From: Methanobacteriota archaeon
GTDB taxonomy: Archaea > Methanobacteriota > Methanobacteria > Methanobacteriales > Methanobacteriaceae
DNA: 39,661 bases
Reading direction: 5' to 3'
Assembly (NCBI GenBank): GCA_963787255.1
Contig: CAWBCJ010000009.1
Location: 1 to 39,661 of the forward strand
The position numbers and the translations under genes were made by a program. Under the pieces are notes generated by a model, which had not been told where the DNA came from, made no database searches, and saw only the letters and a list, made by a program, of their open reading frames with translations. Of the stretch, positions 33,242 through 39,661 are shown in pieces. Every line of letters begins with the position of its first letter. The stretch's first letter is position 1.

Positions 33242-33305
33242 CGTATCACCTACTTGAATTTTTACATTTAAATCCATATATTTGTTATGGTAATAGTTCA
33301 GAACT

Positions 33306-33367
33306 ATTTTCGGTAAAAATTGCAAAATAGTAGTCCATTAAATCTTTATAGTTGCATATGGCGATAA
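33306..33367 (+). repeat. Shortened repeat with dif-like site (33340-33367)
   Basis: aaaatagtagtccatt then aaatctttata-gttgca-tatggcgataa. Confidence 0.7.
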
Positions 33368-33741
33368 ATTCTTAAATAGAAAAGATTGATGATAATTACG
33401 ATATATTTGCAACTCAAAAGTGCATGATTTAAAGCAGTATTCTTTGTCATATTATTTATTCATAATGGCTCATGCACCTAAACTCCTTATTTTGTTTTTG
33501 CAGTATTTTTGAATTACTTTCAACTAAAATTCATATAATCAATAAAAATTAATTAAATTTCATTACTGAGTTTAAAAAAATAAAAAAAATAGATAAATTT
33601 AAATGAAAATTAAATTTTAAAAAGCTCATGACTAGTTTTAATGATTAAAGATATCTTAATTATAATAAAAACCTTTAATGTAATCGTCAATTATAATTTA
33701 AAGCATTAATATAGATTATGAGCGTTAAAAATTAACTTAAA

Positions 33742-33966
33742 CTATTCTACTATTTCTGCAAAAGCGAAGTTTCTTCTTGTTGAAGTAATTCTGATTTTAA
33801 CTTCATCGCCCACTTTTGCTCCAGATACAAAAACTACGAAACCTTCTATTTTAGCAATTCCGTCTCCATCTCTTCCCATATCTTCAATTTTAACATCATA
33901 TTCTTGTCCTTCGCTTAAAGGGGAGGAACTTTCTCTATTATTATTTCTATTATTATTTCCAAACAT
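33742..33966 (-). CDS. Stand-alone TRAM-domain RNA chaperone, second copy
   Basis: Near-identical to 23062-23277, including flanking DNA. Confidence 0.93.
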   Translation of the reverse strand: MFGNNNRNNNRESSSPLSEGQEYDVKIEDMGRDGDGIAKIEGFVVFVSGAKVGDEVKIRITSTRRNFAFAEIVE

Positions 33967-34141
33967 TTAATCACGTCCTAAATATAGCCAAAAAAGGCTT
34001 AAATGACTTTTTATTTTTGATACTATATAAAATGATGTATTTAAAAAAGAAAAAAAGAAAAAAAATTAATTTATTAGCTAAAAAGCTTAATTTTAGCTTG
34101 TTCATACTATGCTAAATAACAGTACAGGTTCCAACATTCCC

Positions 34142-34210
34142 TGATTTTAATTTACTTAACTGGTTAAAAATAGTAGTTCATTAAATCTTTATAGATGAAT
34201 AAAGAAACTT
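34142..34210 (+). repeat. Partial repeat with dif-like site (34183-34209)
   Basis: ggttaaaaatagtagttcatt then aaatctttata-gatga-ataaagaaact; centre is about 2 bp short. Confidence 0.6.
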
Positions 34211-34291
34211 TGTAATCATAATAAAAAATATTAAAAAGTTATTATATCACTTTAAACATAAAAATATTATTAATTATACTGAGGTGAAACC

Positions 34292-34571
34292 ATGGTTTAT
34301 GTAATTGCACAATTAAAACTCGAGAGTTATGATAAATGGAAGCCTGTTTTTGATGAAAGAGCAGCTATACGCAAAGAAAGCGGTTCTAAAGAAGCTCGTC
34401 TCTTCCGTAACTCCAATGACCAAAATGAAGCTGTTATTATATTTGAATGGGACAATAATGGAAAACGCAAAAAAGTACATGGAATCAGCAACTCTACAAA
34501 AAACTCTACAAGAAGCAGGTATGAAAAAACTAAAAGTTACTTACCTTGATGAAATAGAAAAAACAACTTAA
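34292..34571 (+). CDS. ABM/cyclase-like protein, paralog of 11944-12228, frameshifted
   Basis: YDKWKPVFDE...FRNSND, then MENAKKYMES...AGM...YLDEIE in the shifted frame; GAGGTGA RBS. Confidence 0.8.
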
Positions 34572-34897
34572 TATGGGTAAAATTTAGGTAAATATGAAAA
34601 ACTATTTAGGAGTTTCACATTTTAATATTTTTTAATTCAGTTTTTTTGATTAATTTAAAGTTAACAATTATTTTTAACTTATGTAAATTAGATTATTTTA
34701 GTTAATTATTGATAATGGTTGTAACTAATCCCGATCTGTAGATTTTATTGAATTTATCCAGGCATAATCTATTTTCAAGCGATAATTTTTCTATTTTATT
34801 TAGTTTTCATTATTGTATTAATATTGTTATTAATTGTAATAAATTTTATATTGATTAATGATCTTAAATGAAACTATAAAAAAAGGAGGTGAATAAT

Positions 34898-35107
34898 ATG
34901 GTTCATGGAGGTTTACCACCAGCACAAATTGGACCTTTTATAAATGATATTAATTTTCCAGTAAATAAAAAAGAGGTCATTCAACATGCGCAAAATAGTA
35001 ATGCTAATCCTGAAGTAATAGATACATTAAAGAATTTACCAAATCAGAAATTTAATTCATCTCAGGAATTAAAGAGAATTTTAGGTAACATTCAAAGACA
35101 ATTTTAG
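34898..35107 (+). CDS. DUF2795 family protein
   Basis: DINFPVNKKEVIQHA...ANPEVIDTL..LP...FNS; GGAGGTGA RBS. Confidence 0.85.
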   Translation: MVHGGLPPAQIGPFINDINFPVNKKEVIQHAQNSNANPEVIDTLKNLPNQKFNSSQELKRILGNIQRQF

Positions 35108-35518
35108 ATAAAACATTTTTTTAATTAATTAGTCCAAGATATAAAAATTTACCCCGAGATAACTTCAACCCTCTTGTATAATGTTCAAAAAGCATTTGGA
35201 GGTGAAAGAAGAGGAGAATAAATTAAGAAAAATTCTTCTTCCTCAACTTCTACTTTTTATTTTTACATAGGAATAATATGCATATCAAGATAAAAATTTT
35301 AGATATGACTAAAAAAGATGATAACGGGATATTTAATAAAAAGTAGATGATATGCCTTATGAAGTGCATAACTAAACACGATGAAAAAGAGATTTAAAAA
35401 GATAAAAAAAAGGATTATGCCGATAATTATTTATCATTTATCTTGATGGGTATTTACTCCTCTCTAAAGTTGAAGCAAATGTGCAAAAAGATACCTGTAA
35501 ATATTTGAGGATTAGTAA

Positions 35519-36211
35519 ATGAAATGGATATCAGTTTTATTAGTAATAATCATATTAATTGGATCTTATTCTTATTTTACTGTATCAAATGGTTCTATAG
35601 CGCCTTTAGGGCGATTAGGATTTGTTAAGTTTGCTAATCCGGATATGTATCCGGGGAATCTGCATTCTGAGCTTTTAGCAAAGTATGCAGAAGAGAGAGG
35701 GTCAAAATGTGCTTTAGTAGTCCATTTTGCAGGAAGTTCGAATTATCGTAGTTATCAAGAGGGTGATGTATATATAATAGAGCTTGCTTTTATTGATACA
35801 CAAGGAACAGGGGCTGCAGAAAAGGTGAACTATTTGGATTCACTTAAAATAGCTTTATTTGGCATCCCTAACGGTAGATATAAATTTAAATCTGATGGAA
35901 AAGTATTTAACACTTATGATGAGGCAATGAATCATGTATACGAAAAAGCAGCAGCTCATGGTCAAGAAGGTCCAATTCCAATGGTATGGCATGGAACATC
36001 ACGAAGCGAGAATCCAATAATAAATCAAGGCTGTGGATTTCCACTTTATTTCTATATAATGATTAAAGAATATGGAATAATTCCAGCATATATATACACT
36101 TTAACTGGAATGATATATCCTTACTTTAAAGACCCTTATAGGAACTTTGAATTACAAAATGCGCAAAAACTACAAAAACTTTACACAAGCGGAGAATTAG
36201 ACCACAAATAA
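35519..36211 (+). CDS. Membrane-anchored hypothetical protein
   Basis: N-terminal TM; 230-aa ORF; GAGG upstream. Confidence 0.8.
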   Translation: MKWISVLLVIIILIGSYSYFTVSNGSIAPLGRLGFVKFANPDMYPGNLHSELLAKYAEERGSKCALVVHFAGSSNYRSYQEGDVYIIELAFIDTQGTGAAEKVNYLDSLKIALFGIPNGRYKFKSDGKVFNTYDEAMNHVYEKAAAHGQEGPIPMVWHGTSRSENPIINQGCGFPLYFYIMIKEYGIIPAYIYTLTGMIYPYFKDPYRNFELQNAQKLQKLYTSGELDHK

Positions 36212-36440
36212 TTTAAATAGAAAGGTAAAACTATGAATTTAAAACTTTTATCATGGATTTTGTTAGGCTGGAGTGGTCATAATAACCCTAGCTTGTTAAA
36301 TAGCTTCGAAAAGAATACTTAATAATTAAACCGTTCTTTTTGAATATTATCTTTAATAATGATGATAAAAAATCATATTAAACAATTTTATTTTCTGGAT
36401 ATGAAAAAAATATCAATATTAACATGCCAATATAATTTCA

Positions 36441-37190
36441 ATGGTTAACCACAAAGTTTTCTCAGCAAAAGATAATAAAAGCTTCATAAAAACTACATCC
36501 TTCTATGAATTGTATTCTATATTGAAAACATTAAAAACATCTAAAGGACGTTTTGTACTTGTTTTAGGTGCGCCGGGCACGGGTAAATCTGCTAACATAT
36601 ATCAGGCACTTTCTCTACTTGATCTGGACGTTTATGATGCTTTTTTATTTATAGATACGGATTCAAAACCTCAAGACGTATACAAAATTTTCTGGGATAC
36701 TCTTAAGGAAGTTATGGGGATTAAATCCAGAAAAGAAATTTATAAAAAGGCTGGAGAATATGATTTGATTCTCTTTGCTGATCCTTTCCTTGATTCAGAA
36801 TACATTGACCGTGATAAAGTGGGTTTGGGGCTTTGGACTGAAGAAAATGGTCCAAGTACGTTTCCATTCTATTTCAAAGTGTTATTTGAATATATTAAAC
36901 ACTATATGGATTTGAAAAATGTTAATGTCGTTGCTCAGACATCGTGGGTATTGAAGTTTCGGGGAGTTCGGTATGATATTCTTACCGATTTCAATTTTCT
37001 ATCAAAAATTTTGGTTTTTTTATTGAAAAAATTATTTGAAGTGGTTTTGATATCATATACTAAAGAAGAAATGATTGAAATTGTTAGAAGTCGTCCTGGT
37101 GCTGGTAATGATGAAAAAATTAAAAAATGTATAAAAAAACATGGTAACAGGCCACGTTTTATCTTTGAATCTTTGGATAAAGAAGAATGA
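36441..37190 (+). CDS. P-loop NTPase-like hypothetical protein
   Basis: Walker A GAPGTGKS; Walker-B-like LILFAD; C-terminal HGNRPR. Confidence 0.8.
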   Translation: MVNHKVFSAKDNKSFIKTTSFYELYSILKTLKTSKGRFVLVLGAPGTGKSANIYQALSLLDLDVYDAFLFIDTDSKPQDVYKIFWDTLKEVMGIKSRKEIYKKAGEYDLILFADPFLDSEYIDRDKVGLGLWTEENGPSTFPFYFKVLFEYIKHYMDLKNVNVVAQTSWVLKFRGVRYDILTDFNFLSKILVFLLKKLFEVVLISYTKEEMIEIVRSRPGAGNDEKIKKCIKKHGNRPRFIFESLDKEE

Positions 37191-37571
37191 TAAAAAAAAT
37201 TTTCCTAAAAAAGTTAAAAATAGTTGCATTTTAAGTTTTATTTTTAAAGTTTCATCAAATCTTTTGCTGAACAAACTGTTTTCTTGGAGGTATAGATAAA
37301 GAATCTAATGGATTTTTAATTTTTAGATCATCGTGCCTTTTTCTGAAGTCTTTTCCAGGGAAAACAAACTTCATCAGTTCTTTGGAATATGTTATGATAT
37401 GAATACTAGTATATTTCCAATTCTATTTTAAAGTTATTACTAATTTTTATAATAATCATAAAATATATTTGATATGATGCATATATTGAATAGAGTAAAA
37501 ATGATGTTGAAATGACATTTTAAAAAAAATTGGGTATTGTTGAATTAATTTATAAAAAAGAGGTGAATAAT

Positions 37572-37749
37572 ATGTGGAGTAAACACATGGGTGGAATGAG
37601 TATGATGAATGAAAAAATGATGGAAATGATGAGTAAAGAGAGATATGATGATGATGTATGCTATGAAAATGGATGAAAAAATAGCTATGTTAGAACTTAA
37701 AATGGATTATATGAAAAAAATGCGTGATATGTTAAAATCTAAAATGTAA
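37572..37749 (+). CDS. Met-rich microprotein (~58 aa, one frameshift), not in the ORF track
   Basis: GAGGTGA RBS; MWSKHMGGMSMMNEKMMEMMSKE / DMMMMYAMKMDEKIAMLELKMDYMKKMRDMLKSKM. Confidence 0.7.
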
Positions 37750-38169
37750 GATTCAATAAGCTGATAAACGTCCTAACTGAGTTTATTATGCCGATTTTTT
37801 TTTAAAGTTAGATTAGATAACGGAAATATAGAACCGAAAACAATTAAATTTATTGGCAGAAACTTAGCCATATCCCTTTTTTTGATTTAATAGCCATTGA
37901 AATAGCATTCATTTCTCCAAACATCAGTAATTTATCTTATTTGCAATTATCTTGATTAAGATATATAGTAAAAATGTACTGGGTGGCAGGGATTAGTAGA
38001 AACCTTTTAACTGCTGTATTTCTCATTATGGCATTGGGGGTCATGAGTTCGCGCTGTTTAGCTATTTGTATGAAATACATTAATCATAAAAGAAACTATA
38101 AAAATCCAAATAAGCGTTTATCCTGAATTATAAAAAACAATAATTAAAAAGGGGATATGAAAGTCTACA

Positions 38170-38547
38170 TTATTCTTTGACAATAACTCCAATGGCCCCT
38201 CCTAATAATCCTAAAACAAGGCTTATGACTATTGATAATTGAATGATTATATATCCTGTGATTAAGGCATTGCCGGCTATTGTCCCTATTATGGCACCTA
38301 TATCTCCAAAACCCAGAATGAATAATAAACCTATTATTAAACCGCCAATTAATCCTGAAATGGCTCCTACAACCATTCCATCTTTTTCATCCATTTTTTC
38401 ATAATCTTCATATCCTTTGCTAAGGTAAGATGCTAAGAACCCTCCAGTAAGCGGGCCTAAAAATAAGAGAGGGAAGAAGATTAATGATAAGACAATAGTT
38501 AAAGCAGTATTAATTAGAGCACTTAGTCCTATAATTTTCCAGTCCAT
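38170..38547 (-). CDS. DUF5518-like Gly-rich membrane protein
   Basis: MDWKII, GPLTGGFLASYL, DGMVVGAISGLIGG and LGLLGGAIG motifs. Confidence 0.8.
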   Translation of the reverse strand: MDWKIIGLSALINTALTIVLSLIFFPLLFLGPLTGGFLASYLSKGYEDYEKMDEKDGMVVGAISGLIGGLIIGLLFILGFGDIGAIIGTIAGNALITGYIIIQLSIVISLVLGLLGGAIGVIVKE

Positions 38548-38625
38548 TTAATCAACTCAAATAAAAGTTTATAAGTATCTTTGAAATTTTTTTTATTCCT
38601 TTTAAATTGCTTTATTTTTCAATTA

Positions 38626-38946
38626 AGGTTTGTATGAGTCTTTATAATTATAATTACAAAAATGTTACTATTATACTTTTTGCATACTTAAAACTGCTTT
38701 AAAAAATTAAGAATTTAAAACTAGGTTTTATTAAACCGTATTTTAACATATAGAACTTCTATAATCTGTTTACTATATGAAATTACTATTTTATATTTTA
38801 TATTGAGTTGAAAATTTCTCCTTTTATAACTGTTATATTTTGGTTAACATTGCTGTTTAATGACTTATTTTTATGATCTTGACTTTATTAGCAAGTTAAA
38901 AAAAAATAGTAGTATTTTTATTATCATGCTCGGTATATAACAGAAT
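38626..38946 (+). repeat. Long intergenic repeat, full length, with degenerate core
   Basis: gagtctttataattata...atacttaaaactg..ttaaaaaatta, matching 10832-11110. Confidence 0.8.
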
Positions 38947-39085
38947 TGAGTTTAAAATATTTCTTCAATGTTTTTCAAATAATATATAAGGGAAAGTTTT
39001 TATTTTCATTTAATAGATATGAATTTACGAGCATATTTTAAAGATGATGAACGGAAATTAAGTCATAATATGCCAAGGTGGTTAA

Positions 39086-39563
39086 ATGAGATTCTAAAAT
39101 ACAAAAAATAACGCTTACAATCGTTTTAATTATGATTTTGGGTGTTGTAGTTATATCGGGATGCATTAATAATTCTACAAATCAAACAATGAATAGTACT
39201 GCTTCAGCTGGTCATTTTGAAAACCAATATGTCAAATTTGAACTACCGGCAGGAGTAACAGCTAAAGATACTTCAAATGATACATCATTCGATATAATTC
39301 TTTTCAAAAATGGAAGAGATATAGGAGAAATTAATAGCGTGGTTGCCCCTCCACAGGCTATTAATGCAATAGAAGGATCCAATACAACATTTGCAGGTAA
39401 AAAGGCGATTGAATCTAATGATGAGTTTGGAAGCTCTTTGTATATCTTGATTAGAACTGATAGTGAGGGAAATAATATCGGTATTCGGATTGAATTCGAT
39501 CCAGGATATCAAGAGGATTATAAATACATCAAAAACTCATTTATAATCAAAAAAACACCCTAA
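39086..39563 (+). CDS. Putative lipoprotein (5' frameshift; ORF track start 39132)
   Basis: Lipobox VISGC; HFENQYVKFELP; AAGGTGG upstream of the ATG at 39086. Confidence 0.75.
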
Positions 39564-39624
39564 CTATTTCTTTTTCATTTTTTCAAGTTTTAAGGTATTA
39601 TCAATACTTGTGGAATTTTGGATA

Positions 39625-39661
39625 TTTTTTTTTGGTTTTCTTAAAAGTTAAAAAAAATAGA
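39625..39661 (+). repeat. Partial long repeat cut by the window end
   Basis: ttttggttttcttaaaagttaaaaaaatag, matching 28660-28690. Confidence 0.6.

Overview
The window joins two unrelated sequences at about position 8860. Bases 1-~8860 are bacterial, moderate to high GC by eye. They carry yjbQ, a PilV/PilW/FimT/PilX-like minor-pilin cluster, and a convergent glycosylation block (GT-C-like membrane protein, DUF2304, GT2). Bases ~8860-39661 are very AT-rich and look like a Methanobacteriaceae archaeon (pseudomurein-binding-repeat protein, stand-alone TRAM proteins, GGTGA/GGAGG ribosome sites). Both genes at the junction are cut mid-ORF, and many single-base frameshifts suggest unpolished long-read data, so the junction is probably a chimera artefact. 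The most striking signal is in the archaeal intergenic DNA. At least 13 imperfectly palindromic ~28-bp sites have an 11-6-11 layout (AAGTCGTTATA-N6-TATARCGAYNN), resembling Xer/dif sites. Many sit at the end of a co-oriented ~300-bp conserved repeat. Between 27.3 and 34.3 kb they separate almost every gene, including an AAC(3)-I-like acetyltransferase, an orphan HEPN, a pseudomurein-binding protease, a wHTH protein and a TRAM protein. This suggests an archaeal dif-module/gene-cassette array. No recombinase is encoded in the window, all alignments were done by eye, and family names come from motif recognition rather than database searches.
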